Source of the DNA: Lama guanicoe
Taxonomy: Eukaryota
Direction: 5' to 3'
NCBI GenBank assembly: GCA_013239625.1
Contig: MU053645.1
Coordinates: 1,790,274-1,854,273 of the forward strand
Length of the DNA: 64,000 nt
This document shows, in pieces, positions 12,870-24,092 of this stretch. The position numbers and the translations under genes are program-made. The first letter of the stretch is position 1; each line of letters begins with the position of its first letter. The notes beneath the pieces are model-generated. The model was not told the origin of the DNA. It did not search any database and saw only the letters and a program-made list of their open reading frames with translations.

Positions 12870-14190
12870 CTCCTCCACAAAAACAGTATGGAGGCTCCTC
12901 AAAAAAACTGAAAATAGAAATACTATATGACCCTGCAGTCTCAATTCTGGGTATTTATCCAAAAGAATTGAAATCAGGACTCTAAGATCCTGCACTATCA
13001 TGTTTATTGTAGCACTATTTACAATAGCCAAGATGTGGCAACAACCTAAATATGCATCAACAGATAAGGGAATAAAGAAAATATGGCATATACATATAAT
13101 AGATTATTACTCAGCCTTAAAAAAAGAAGGAAGTTCTGCAATATACAACAACATGGATAAACCCTGAATACATTATACTAAGTGAAACAAACCAGGCACA
13201 GGAAGACAAACATTGTATGATTCTACTTATTTTGATATCTAAAATAGTCAAATTCATAGAATTAAAAAGTCAAATGGTGTTTTCTAGGGGCTAGGGAGAT
13301 GGGGAAGTGAAGAGTTACCAATCAATGCTCGTAAGGTTTCAGTTAAGCAAGATGAGTAAGTTCTCGAGATCTTCTGTATAACATTATACAAATAGTCATC
13401 AATACTGCACACTTAAAAAATTGTTAAGAGGGTGAATCTCATATTAAGTGTTCTTATTACAATAAAATAAAATGAAATAAAATAAAATAGGAAAAAAAGA
13501 TAGTCAACCAATAATTCTAAATCTGGCAAAAACTGTCCTTCAAAAATGAGGGTGAAATTAAGACATTTACAGACAAACAAAGCTGAGGGAGTTTATTACC
13601 ACTAGACTTGCTCATGAAAAATGCTAGAGAGAGTCCTTCAATTTGGACAGAAAATATCACATACAGTTACTTGAAGCCATATTAAAATACACAGATCTCC
13701 AGTGAAAGCAAATAGATGGACAAACTATAAAAACAAGTGTGATTATAATTTTGGCTTGTAACTCCATTCTTTATTTTATACAGGAATTAAAAGACTAATG
13801 CACAAAAATTCATTATAAACCTATTTTAACGGGTAGGCAACATGTAAAGATTAAATTTGTGACACCAATAACATAAAGTTGGTGGGGGGACAGAACCATA
13901 AAGAGTAGAGTTTTTGTATATGATTGAAGCAAAGTTGGTTTCAATTTACATTACACTGTTATAACTCCAGGATAGTTTATGTGATTCTCATCACAACCAG
14001 AAAGAAAATATTTGTAGAATATACACAAAAGGAAAAGAGAAGGGAATCAAAATGTGTAATGACAAAAAATCAATTAAACACAAATGAAGGCAGCAATGAA
14101 GGAAATGAGGGACAAAAAAAAGCAGTAAGATATACAGAAAACAATATAATAGCAAAGTAAATCCTTTCCTCTCTGTGTATAACTTCACAG
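12870..14190 (+). mobile_element. L1 fragments: 3' end with A-rich tail (~12870-13498), then an ORF1/inter-ORF fragment
   Basis: 'ctactatatgaccctgcagtctcaattctgggtatttatccaaaagaattgaaatcagg...aataaaataaaat' and 'ctgtccttcaaaaatgagggtgaaattaagacatttacagacaaacaaagctgagggagtttattaccactagac'. Confidence 0.75.
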
Positions 14191-14749
14191 TTGGCCCTGC
14201 AGCCACAGATTCAACCAATCGCAATCAGGTAGTACAGAGCCCTCTCTGCTTATCTCTGGACACCTACTCTCAGCTGGACAGTGTTATGCATCCTGTTAGA
14301 AAATCTTCTGAAAGAAGCTCTGACTCCTAGAGGTGCCATGTCCCTCTCAATAGTCATTGCCAAGGTTTCCCTGAAGGAGAGGAGAACTCCAGAACCTTGC
14401 AAAATGTTGAAAAAAATCTGCGTTCAAACCCATGTTGTTCAAGGGTCTACTATACTCATATTTCTTGATAGCTTTCAATCTACAGCAAAGCCTCACTTCC
14501 TTAAACCCTCCCCCAATCACCTAACACAAGTCCTAATCCTAAAACAAGTCATTTCTAAAACTCCCTTATTGAAGGACCCCATGATTCTTCACGGTGTGTG
14601 CTCTCACTCTCTGCAACCTAACCTGTTCAAATACAGGTGATTTTTGGCTGGAGGCCATTGCCATTCATGATCTTTGATGAAGCAGTACCACTTCAAGGAC
14701 TCTGTCATACAGAAATGTTCAAACAGGCAAGAAGTCATAAACAATGGTG

Positions 14750-14965
14750 TATCAATTTTCACAGAAAAAATGTAAGAATATGCTAAAGAATACAAAATAA
14801 TAAACTAAAAATTATGTTGCATGGAAAGTACAAAAGGCTGCTGAGAGAAATTAAAGAAGACCTAAATAAATAGATATATTTTGTTCATGGGTCAGAAGAT
14901 TCAATATTATTAAAATGTCAGTTCTCCCCAGATTGATCTGTTTTTTTAGGGGGGAGGTAATTAGG

Positions 14966-14996
<31 letters not shown>

Positions 14997-16530
14997 TATG
15001 TAGGTACTGGGGATTGAACCCAGGACCTCATGCATGCTAAACAACTTGCTCCCAGCTGGACTTTTTATGGAAATGGACAGGCTGATTCTAAAATTCATAT
15101 GGGAAAGGATGAGCAAGAATAATCAAAATTAATGAAAAATAATAGAGGACTCACACTGCCTGACTTTAAGACATTATAAAGTCACAGTAATCAAGACAAG
15201 TGTGGTATTGTAATAAAGATACACAAGTAGATCAATGGGACAGAATAAAGTATCAAGAAAAAGATCCATACATACAGAGACAATTGATTTTTGACAAAGA
15301 TACAAAGGTAACTCAGTGGAAAAAGAAGAGTCTTTTAAGCAAGTGATGCTGTAACAATTGAATATCACTATGCCAAAGTTGAACTTCAACCTATATATAT
15401 AGTGTGAACCATACACAAAAAACTCAAAGTGGTTCATAGGCCTGATTGTAAAACCTAAAACTGTAAAACTTTTAGAATATAGGATAAAATCTTTATGACC
15501 TCAGTTAGACAACAATTTCTTACATATAACACCAAAACACAACTGGTAAAATAACTGTTCTTCACTAAAATTAAAAGCTTCTGGTCTTCAGAAGACATTT
15601 TTAAGAGAATAAAAAGACAAACCACAGACTGGGAGAAAATATTTGTAAAACATAAATCTAATAATAGACTTGTATCCAGTATATATAAAGAACTCTTAAA
15701 AAACAATAAAAATGAACCACTCAATTTAAAAAAGGGGGCAAAATATTTACATATACTTCACCAAAGATATATTGATGGCAAATACCCACATAAGAATATA
15801 TTCAACATCAGTAATTATTAGAGAAATGCAAATTAGGACTACAATGAGATATGGCTAAAATTAAAATATCAACCATATTAAGCATTTGCAGGGAAGGAAT
15901 CAGAACCCTCATATACTGTTGTGGGAATGTAAAGTGGTACAACCACTTTGGAAAATGTAGAAGTTAAATATACACCTACCATATGATCCAGTCATCCCGC
16001 TCCTAGGTATTTATCCAAGAGAAAAGCAAAGTGTATGTCCACAGAAACAGTTGTACACGAAACAGTTCTAGGAGCTTTATTTGTAGTAGCTCAAATCCGG
16101 AAATAACCCAAATGTCCATCAACAGGTGAAGGGATAAACAAACTGTGGTATAACCATATAGTTGAATAGTACTTGGCAATAAAAAGCAATGAACTATTGA
16201 TACACATAACAACATGGATGGAGCTCAAATAATTATGCTGAGTGAGAGAAGCCAGCCCCCTTCCCCCTTCAAAAGAATACATGCTGTATGATTCCTTTTA
16301 TGTAAAATTACAGAAAATGAAAATGATTCTATATTGTCAGAAAGCAGATCAGTGGTTGTCTGGGGAGAAGTGGGAGGGATGGATTACAAAGGAGCATGAA
16401 GAAACTTTTGGGGGTGATGAATATGTTCGCTATCTTGATAGTGATGGTTTTGTGTCTGTGTACATATATTAAAACTTATCAAATTTGTACAGCTTGCGTA
16501 TCTCAATTATCTCTCAGTAAAGCTATTAAG
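14750..16530 (+). mobile_element. Old 5'-truncated L1 (ORF2 3' part plus 3' UTR), interrupted by a SINE
   Basis: Typical ORF2 3' nucleotide motifs ('aatcaagacaagtgtggtattg', 'gactgggagaaaatatttg', 'ccatatgatccagtcatcccgctcctaggtatttatccaagag'). Confidence 0.8.
14941..15045 (-). mobile_element. tRNA-derived SINE (camelid Vic-1-like), 5'-truncated
   Basis: 'ggtactggggattgaacccaggacctcatgcatgctaa' (B-box GGTTCAATCC on the minus strand) with a (TTTA)n tail; same family as the copies at 27.1, 27.9 and 46.1 kb. Confidence 0.75.
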
Positions 16531-18004
16531 TAAAAAGTTAAATTGCAGTATAATACTAAATTAGGAGGATCATTGAAAAGACAAAAAGGCAAGTTACAGA
16601 ATACTCTAGTCCTATTTTTGCAAAAGAAATAAATTTATGCATATTATTCATTAAGAGGATATGCAATGAAAGATTAAGGCACTATTCACCAAATGTTAGC
16701 ACAGGAAAAACATTAAGAGATTCAAAAATATTTGTAGAAGCCTATTTATTGACATGGAAAGATGATCACAACATACAGTTAGTGGGGGGGGAAGCAAGTT
16801 ACAAACAATATTTACAGTATGATCTTGTTTTAGTTTCTTAACAATTAACAATCTCAAAGCATATAACCCAATAGTTTTACACATTGAGACATTCTCTTCA
16901 GTTCAAATCCATACAGTCATTTCAGACTTGTCTTCTGATTCCCAGCAAGGTATAGCCACATGCCTAAGGGACATGTGCATTTAGAGGAAGTTAAGAATTT
17001 CAAGACTGGCAGAGACATTATCTACAGCAAAACTGAATCATTAAAACCAGCCTGTGAGCCTGGAAGGCCACCACATAACAAAGAAAGAGGACTATAAAGT
17101 TGTGTAACTAGAGTGGGTTCTTTATCAGACAAAACAGCTATGCCACCTGCCTGCTGTGGGAATCTAGGAAAAAGTTTAATCCTCATTGGAGGGGATTCCG
17201 AATAATGAGTTATAATCATAAATATCAATACCTAGCTCAGAGGACCATGGTGAGAAGAGGAAACCTGTAAAATATAGTGCCAACACAGAGTCTGACATGA
17301 GTCTCAGGAAATGTTGCCTCCCTACACCTACCTCCTCCCTCCTCTCCTGTGAGATGGCCTGACGTAAATGAAACAGCCTAATATAAGAGTTACAAATGTA
17401 GCAAAATAAAAAAATGAGCATTACATTTTATCTGAGATTCAGGGCCATTTGTGTTTGTGGAATGAGTTATCTGATTCAGGTACAATAGCGGGAAAACAGT
17501 AATTCCTTTCACATTAAGTAGCCTGCAGCAACCCTGCCTTCTTTACCTTTTGAGAGTGCACATTTGGCAACGAGTGTATGTGTGTGTATGTATGTGAATA
17601 TGTGTACTATTAGATATCTTCTTGTGTATATATGCTCTATTTCTGCAACTAGATGATAAATTCAAGGATATTTTCTTTTTTAACCATTTGAAGCCACAAA
17701 TGGATCTAAGCAGATACTAATTAACAAGTTAGCTTACTTACGATGCACCAGTTTGCTATCTTCTTAAGTTAAATGGTAAAGAGCTCCCCATCTACACAAG
17801 ACAAAAATCAATAGCTGTTTTCAGCTCACAATAAAATATTACTTTGACAAAATGGTCTAGCTCAAACCTAGACTGTCACAGGTAATATTGTGTTACAGAC
17901 ATAACGTATAATGTACACACTATAATAACCAAAACATTACACATGGGAACAGATAGCCTATCAGAGTTTGGAGATTGTTCAAACCAGTCTATTTCTGGCT
18001 CATT

Positions 18005-19687
18005 TTACATTGTTTCAATAATCACTTTAACTTCACGGAAAATGGCCATGAGTGTATTGTAACTCAAGTGATCAACAACTACAATTGAGCCCTTTCTGAT
18101 ATGCTCCTTTATGTTAATAAATATGGCCACAGCACTAACAAGATTGGCTTTTGCCTCTTTCTGGTTAAAGATGAGTTTTAATGCTGCTAATGCCTCTGTA
18201 TTGATCATGTCTCTGGCTGCAGTTGGATTTTCAGACATATTCAAAAGTACTTTCAAAACAAGATTTCTGGTTTTACGATTTCCCAGGGATAGCAAATGGA
18301 AAAGCTCTGAAAAGTAACTGGCAACAATGTGGTGATGGTTAGAATCAGTAGTCAGTTGTCCTAGTATCTTTAATCCAGACTGCTGTCCGGGTGAGTTCAA
18401 GGGAAAAGACATGGTTTCCTTACACATATGCTTAACATGTAATTCAACCTTGCGTTGTCTTTCATCTCCAGAGGGGGGATTCAGAGTAATTACTGCCTTT
18501 TTTCTCATCTCAGAGGAAGGAAAACTGAGTAAGCTTTCAATAAGTGTCACTACACCCACCTCATTAATGAACTCTTGGGCAAATGGGTGAACATTAATGA
18601 TCCCCATCGCAATCTGAGCGATTTTATGAATAAGAGGATCAGTAGTTGACTTAAGTAAGGTAACCAGTTTTTCAAATTCCTCAGAATCCATGTAGCATTC
18701 CATTTTGCAAGGGCAAGCAAATGGCTTAATCCCATTCACCTCCCTGATCCTGATTTGGCGTCTAATCTCCTCTATGGTCTGGATGCAAGGGTCAGAACCA
18801 AATGCGTACTCAGGGACAGGCTGTGTGCCTGAGGGAGTGCTCCTAGAAGAGCACGCTGTTGCCGCAGGCAAAGAATGGGTACTTTCCTCAGCTGAGGCCA
18901 GGACAATATACGAAGGAGGCTTTGTCTCAGATGAGGCCTGGGATCTAAAGCCTAACACTGCTGGAGTTACAGCAGGGGCTTTGGGCCAGATCGTTACCTC
19001 AGACCAGTCCTTGGGTCTATCTTTCTCATTAATTTCATCCACAGGTTGGGGCCTGATTATCCTGCTCACAGGTCTAGGGTTAGGGTCAAAACTAGTTTCA
19101 TCTCCATCCCAAAACCAGTTCCCAATAACGTTCTCTTCCTCCTCCTCTTCAGCCGCTGTCTTAGTCTTGCCACTGGCCCCAGCCACAGGCTCCAACTTCT
19201 CAGCACAGGACAGGGGACTAACATTAGCTTTACCTTCATCCTTAGCACAGATATGATTACCAGACTCTTCTCCATTCCAGAACCAGGGGCTATCACTGGC
19301 CTCTTCCCCAGCCCAGAAAGAGGTATCAACACCAGTCTTATCTTTACATGTAGATCTGGACTCAGCACTAGCTTCAGCCACAGAACAAAACCGAGATGAT
19401 CTAGTGGCTTCATCTTCAGCTTTGGGCCTAAAATCTGACAGGGCTCCTTCCTTCATCTCAGTAACAATCTTGTTCTTAGATGCTACCTTCATCTTTGCCC
19501 CTGCATCTTCCTGAGGCCCTGCCTTGGCTACTGCTTTGGCCGGGGTCTTGGCTACAGATCTGACTACGCCAGTAGCCTCCCTCTTTGCTTCAGCCTCTAC
19601 ACCAGCCCTTTTTTCAGTTTTGGCCTTCTTTTTATTCTCATTCTTTCTATTCCTATTCCTTCTACTTGCATTCTTAACCCCAGTCAT
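18005..19687 (-). CDS. BHLHB9: BHLHB9 / GPRASP3 (G-protein-coupled receptor-associated sorting protein 3), 560 aa, CDS in a single exon
   Basis: Intact ORF. Acidic GASP-type WFW motifs (PWFWNGEE, EENVIGNWFWDGDE) and a C-terminal armadillo-like GASP/ARMCX domain ending ...DHLSYNTLMAIFREVKVIIETM, closely matching BHLHB9 as recalled. Good Kozak context on the minus strand (ACCATGA). Confidence 0.95.
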   Translation of the reverse strand: MTGVKNASRRNRNRKNENKKKAKTEKRAGVEAEAKREATGVVRSVAKTPAKAVAKAGPQEDAGAKMKVASKNKIVTEMKEGALSDFRPKAEDEATRSSRFCSVAEASAESRSTCKDKTGVDTSFWAGEEASDSPWFWNGEESGNHICAKDEGKANVSPLSCAEKLEPVAGASGKTKTAAEEEEEENVIGNWFWDGDETSFDPNPRPVSRIIRPQPVDEINEKDRPKDWSEVTIWPKAPAVTPAVLGFRSQASSETKPPSYIVLASAEESTHSLPAATACSSRSTPSGTQPVPEYAFGSDPCIQTIEEIRRQIRIREVNGIKPFACPCKMECYMDSEEFEKLVTLLKSTTDPLIHKIAQIAMGIINVHPFAQEFINEVGVVTLIESLLSFPSSEMRKKAVITLNPPSGDERQRKVELHVKHMCKETMSFPLNSPGQQSGLKILGQLTTDSNHHHIVASYFSELFHLLSLGNRKTRNLVLKVLLNMSENPTAARDMINTEALAALKLIFNQKEAKANLVSAVAIFINIKEHIRKGSIVVVDHLSYNTLMAIFREVKVIIETM

Positions 19688-20070
19688 GGTTGAAGCCCAG
19701 TTATATAGATAGCTCTATAATCTTGGCCTTGGTCCTCAATGTGTCCCAGGTCAGTGTCTTGATACTCTTTTACTGGACTGAAGGTGATGATCTTCTGTCA
19801 CTCCAAGGCCACCACAGCCACCACTGGAGATAGATCTGAGGTGGAAGAAGGAAATGGGCTTTGAGTCTCTTCCAACTGTGCTTCTCTATGCAGACAGCCA
19901 CACAGGACATGAGAGAACAAAGACAGACGGTGTAGTAGAAGTGGAATAGTAGGGTGCTCATGCTCACACTCACCTTGGATCCAAATGAACAGCTGTTGTC
20001 CGCTTTCTTAATTAAATTCAAAATGAACAGCTACCTGCAGACTTCTACAGAATGGTATAAAGGAATAAAC
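19688..20070 (-). other. BHLHB9: Predicted BHLHB9 5'-UTR structure: coding-exon acceptor at 19835, intron 19836-19973, non-coding exon 19974-20070
   Basis: Minus strand: ttccttcttccacctcAG|ATCTAT acceptor, CCAAG|GTGAGT donor, ctaactttttgtctatccatAG|GTTT acceptor. Confidence 0.6.
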
Positions 20071-21088
20071 CTATGGATAGACAAAAAGTTAGAGGAGAGA
20101 AAACAGAAGAGACTGAGATGGCCCAATGTGACAAGTATTACAACATATACTTCTGCATATTCAAGGCCATGTTAAGTATCTCCCACCTGTCCCCTCCTCC
20201 CAAACGATTCCCCATCCACTTCCAGAAAGCCTGTAGCTTGTCTAACTACACCTTCTCTCAACTCTGAAGTCATTCATTTTCCTTGGACAAAAATATGAGG
20301 TGCAAGAGTGGGTAGTGGAACAGAGACAACTGTATTTAGAAGGCAAGCAGTGAAAAAGATGGGGACTATATTTCAGTACCATCTTGCATGCCCCTGCTTT
20401 TTCCCCCTTCCCCACACATATATAGTTCCTACCTCATTCACCACCTATGCCAACCAGCCCACAAAGCAGGCATCCGCAGGAGAAGTCTTTCCCACCACAA
20501 AACAGTCCACTAGCTGGAGAAGAGTCACACACCCTACAGAGAGAGGAGGAGCATTTAGCAAAACACCAAGAGAATATGTTGACAATGGTAGTAAAATACC
20601 AGGTTAATGGACAGATTCCCAGAACTCAGGCCCTAAAACCTCCTTTTCAAGAATCAGGAAATAAATAAATGGATGTCCACAAAATCTTCTATGGGACTAC
20701 ACCCGTAGCAAAATAAGAGGGAGGGGCTGTGACAGGTGGCTGGGGTTTAGGTTTCCAGAACCAGAAACTGAAGAAGCAGACTGACTTCAGGCGTTCTAAA
20801 TGAACACTTCAGAAAAATTTTCGTATTCTGAACTGCCATTCCCACACCTCAACATATTAACGTGAGCTGGCATGTAGAGATTCCAAACGAGAAAGGTGGA
20901 TTAATACCACATTATTTACTGACATGGATCCTTTCCGTAACAGTCGATTAACCCCTCACCCTGTCATTTGCTTGCATTTAACTGAGCTCAAGCTCTAAAT
21001 ATGGAAAGCAATAAAACTACCATTTTAAGAGGCATATAAACTTTTCATTTTGGTGTCTTCATAAACTACTCGCTTACTTCCTCTTTCG

Positions 21089-22655
21089 CTGAAATCGCCA
21101 GACCTACCGCGCAGACAGGAGACTTTGGCATCAAAGAGGCGCCTGTGGGAAGGGACAGCACCCAGGACGCGGGACCCACAGGTCCCTTCCCAGAATCCGG
21201 GCCCCCGCACCCGCCCGCTCGGCCCCCAGCTCCGACCGCCACCCCAGCCCCGGCCCCGGCGGCCTCCCCGGGCGCCCCCACCCCAGCTCCCCTCCGCCAT
21301 GTCTCCCGCAGCAGCACCCCCACAGCCCTCTCCCGGCACAGACACCGTCGAGGGCGGGGCGCGGGCGCCCGGAAAGCTGACCCGGGAGCCGCCGCGCCGT
21401 TCGCCTGCCAGGATCCCAGCCAGCGTCTGCGGCCAGACCCCGCGCCCCGGGTCCCGTCCGCGCCGGTCGCCGCCGCCTCAGCGCCAGGGGGCCCCCGGAG
21501 CTGCGCACCTCCCTCGGGGACCGGCTCCAGCCGCGTCGCCTCCCGCTCGCCAGGCTGCCGGGGTCCGCGGGGCAGGCTGTGAGCTGCTCGTCGCCCCCCA
21601 CGACACCCCCACTTGCCTGCACAGGCTCAGGGCCCGGGTGGTCGGCCTGGCCCTCCGGTCGGAGCTCCTCACTCGGATTCCCACCGCTCTCCGTGCGCTC
21701 AGAATGGCAAAGAGGCGGCCCGCCCCCCGCGCCGCTGCGCCAAACCGGGCAGGGGCTGCGCAGGATGCGGCACCAACCGCTCGCGGCGAGGGTGTCGGGA
21801 AGGGGGGCGGAGGGATACGGCACGAATGGGCTCGACGCCCCCTCCCAGGCCCACCGTAGTTCCGACCCAGAGGGGGCGGGGCCGGGAGGAACCCCAGCCT
21901 GAGGGGCGGGGCCACGCCAGCCCGCCTCGCCCGCCCCCCGCGGCCCCCGCGCGCCGCGACCACCCCCACACTTCTGGCCCCACAGTGTGTGGGGCCGGCG
22001 AGCGGTCGGCGGTGGGGGCCGGGGTCGGGAGGTCCGGAGGGGCCGCGCTGAGGGGAGCAGCGGATGGATACAGACCGCCCCTCGGTGTGTGTGAACCCCG
22101 AGACTGCTCGGTGTCCGCCCCCCCTCCCCTCCCCTCCGCTCCGCTCCGCTCCCCTGCCCCCCCGCCCGCCATCCTTCCGGGATGCAGATGGGAGAGGGGC
22201 TGTGAGCGCGACCCTCCCCGGTTCTGCTTTCCACGTTCAGGGGCCGCGGTCGGGAGGAAGGTGGGAGGGGGCGCCCACGAAGCCCGAGCCACTGCCCCTC
22301 TTCTAAGGGAAGGCAGCCCTAGACCTCTGGTCTGAGGAGACAAACCACTTGTTTGCGCCAGCGTCGTCATTTTTTCTGCCACACTGCTGTTTTCTCGTTC
22401 GCGGTGGTAACACGCTTTGCCATCGCGCGGTCCCCGCAGCTGCCCAGGAAAGAGGGCCCTTCCCTGTCGGGACCCGCACCGGGTCGTACAGTCCCCCCGC
22501 CTCTCACCCCACAGCCCAGTGTCAGGCACCAGGTAGGGCCTGTCCTGGCGCCTCTTCCTGGGTTCTGTCTGTCAAGTCTTCTCCTGCAGTCACTTCCACC
22601 CTCCCATCATCTTTGGCAGTGAGGGAATGTGGCAGGGGTTCGAATCCATTTGGAT
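21089..22655 (-). promoter_or_regulatory. BHLHB9: CpG-island promoter and predicted first non-coding exons of BHLHB9 (copy A of the duplicated cassette)
   Basis: Very GC- and CpG-rich, with repeated GGGGCGGGGCC GC boxes (~21874 and ~21903). Initiator/YY1-like GCCATT on the minus strand (21703-21708). CAG|GCAAGT donor at 21617/21616. Predicted exon 21108-21142 between cccacAG and GTAGGT. Lies about 1.4 kb upstream of the CDS. Confidence 0.8.
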
Positions 22656-22689
22656 ATCAGCCACTTGGATGTACGCCTGTCTAGTTTAT

Positions 22690-23755
22690 CCATTAGGGCT
22701 GTTAACGTATTTTAATCATACTTATTTTTAATTCCCTGTCTGATAATACCAAAACCTGCATTATAGCTGAGCCTGGTTCTGATGCTTTGTATCCTTAATT
22801 TATGCTTTTTCTTGTCTTTTAGTGTGTTTTATAATTTTGTGTTGAAAGCTGGATATGATGTTGGGTAAAAAGAACTGAAAAAGTACATAGACGTTTAGTG
22901 AGAAGTTTTATGTTAAGCTGGTTAGCAATTGTGCTGTGTGTAATGTTTGCTATAGCCATAGGTGCCAGAGTCTTCAAATTCCTCTAGTGTCCTTATTTTT
23001 GTATCTCCTCTTAACTTTGGGCTTCCCTAATTGCTTCTTGCAGAGACTGCCGGCATCTTGCAACTCTTTAGCTGCACTCCACTGTTACTATCCTGGAGGC
23101 CTGTTAGCATGTGGAGGAGAGGAAGTGTTTATAATCTTACGGTTAAATTCCTGCCGTTTGTGGGCGCGTGTCCCTATACTATGACCTTCAGAAGTGTTTC
23201 TTTAGCTTCTTTCTCCCCCTTATAGGACAATGGAAGGCTAGAGTGGGCTAGATAGGAGGAATGCCTTTCTGTCAACTGGGATAAGGCTCTAGGAAAGTCT
23301 TTTCCACTGGAGAATAGGTCCTTGTTGTAGAGAAGACTCTGGGGGTGTATTTCTCAAGAGTACACTTCCCCTCCCACTGTCAGTCACGAGGGGATCTTTT
23401 GGGGATCTTCACTGTGCGAACCTGCTGGAGTTCCTGGAGGTAAAGCCCACTGAGCCTCTATGGCTGCAGGTCCCTAGAAGTTTCTCACTTTCATACTATT
23501 CCACCCGCAGTCTCCAGCAATTTGTCAAAATTACCATTTAAGTGTCCTTACCTGTTTATGTCTCTAGCAGTTTCTGCTCTATGTAGAGAGAGATAGGCTA
23601 TGACTGTCTGGATTTGTCTTTTCTCCAGAATTTGGGGTGGTCATTTGCCCTATGACCACAGTTCTAAGGTAAGCTACTGATTTTCAGTTTGTTCAGTATT
23701 TTTTTTCTGGTTATAAGTACAGGAGCAATGACTTCCAAGCTTTTTACATGTCAGT
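22690..23755 (-). mobile_element. L1 5'-region fragment (L1M-type), homologous to 45640-47660
   Basis: Shares colinear motifs with the L1 5' end at 45.6-47.7 kb (for example 'tctccagcaatttgtcaaaattaccatttaagtgtccttacc' and 'atgacttccaagctttttacat'). Confidence 0.7.
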
Positions 23756-24064
23756 CTGGCCAGTCTGGAGTATAGATTTTAAGAGGGTAGCTAAAGGCCA
23801 GTGAACACAGCTTTTGCCCTCTTTTTTTCAGCTGAACTTCGGAACTGGGAATAAAGTTGCCCTTGAAAACCTGGCTGCTCCATAAATATTTGCTCTTTTT
23901 CTTCCCAGGGATAGAAAATTTATGTGGCTCCCTGAACCTGGCATCTCAGCCCCCAAATTCTTAACCTTGATTGTAGATTAGAATTCAGACTTCCTAAATC
24001 AAAGTTCTCAGTGGTGAGGTCTGAGCAACTGTGACTTAACTCCAGGAGAAAAGACATCTCTGTT

Positions 24065-24092
24065 ACCACCACCACCACCACCACCACCACCA
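24065..24092. repeat. (ACC)n trinucleotide microsatellite
   Basis: 9 perfect ACC units. Confidence 0.95.

Noticed and set aside
14205..14455. Tigger1-like terminal motifs flanking an unrelated ~200-bp segment
   Set aside because: Too short and degenerate to define boundaries or nesting with confidence.
21025..22684. Many long overlapping ORFs (up to 367 aa) on both strands of the CpG island, duplicated at 37212-39080
   Set aside because: Low-complexity Pro/Arg/Gly/Ala translations are expected where stop codons are depleted in very GC-rich DNA. No recognisable domain; several use non-ATG starts.
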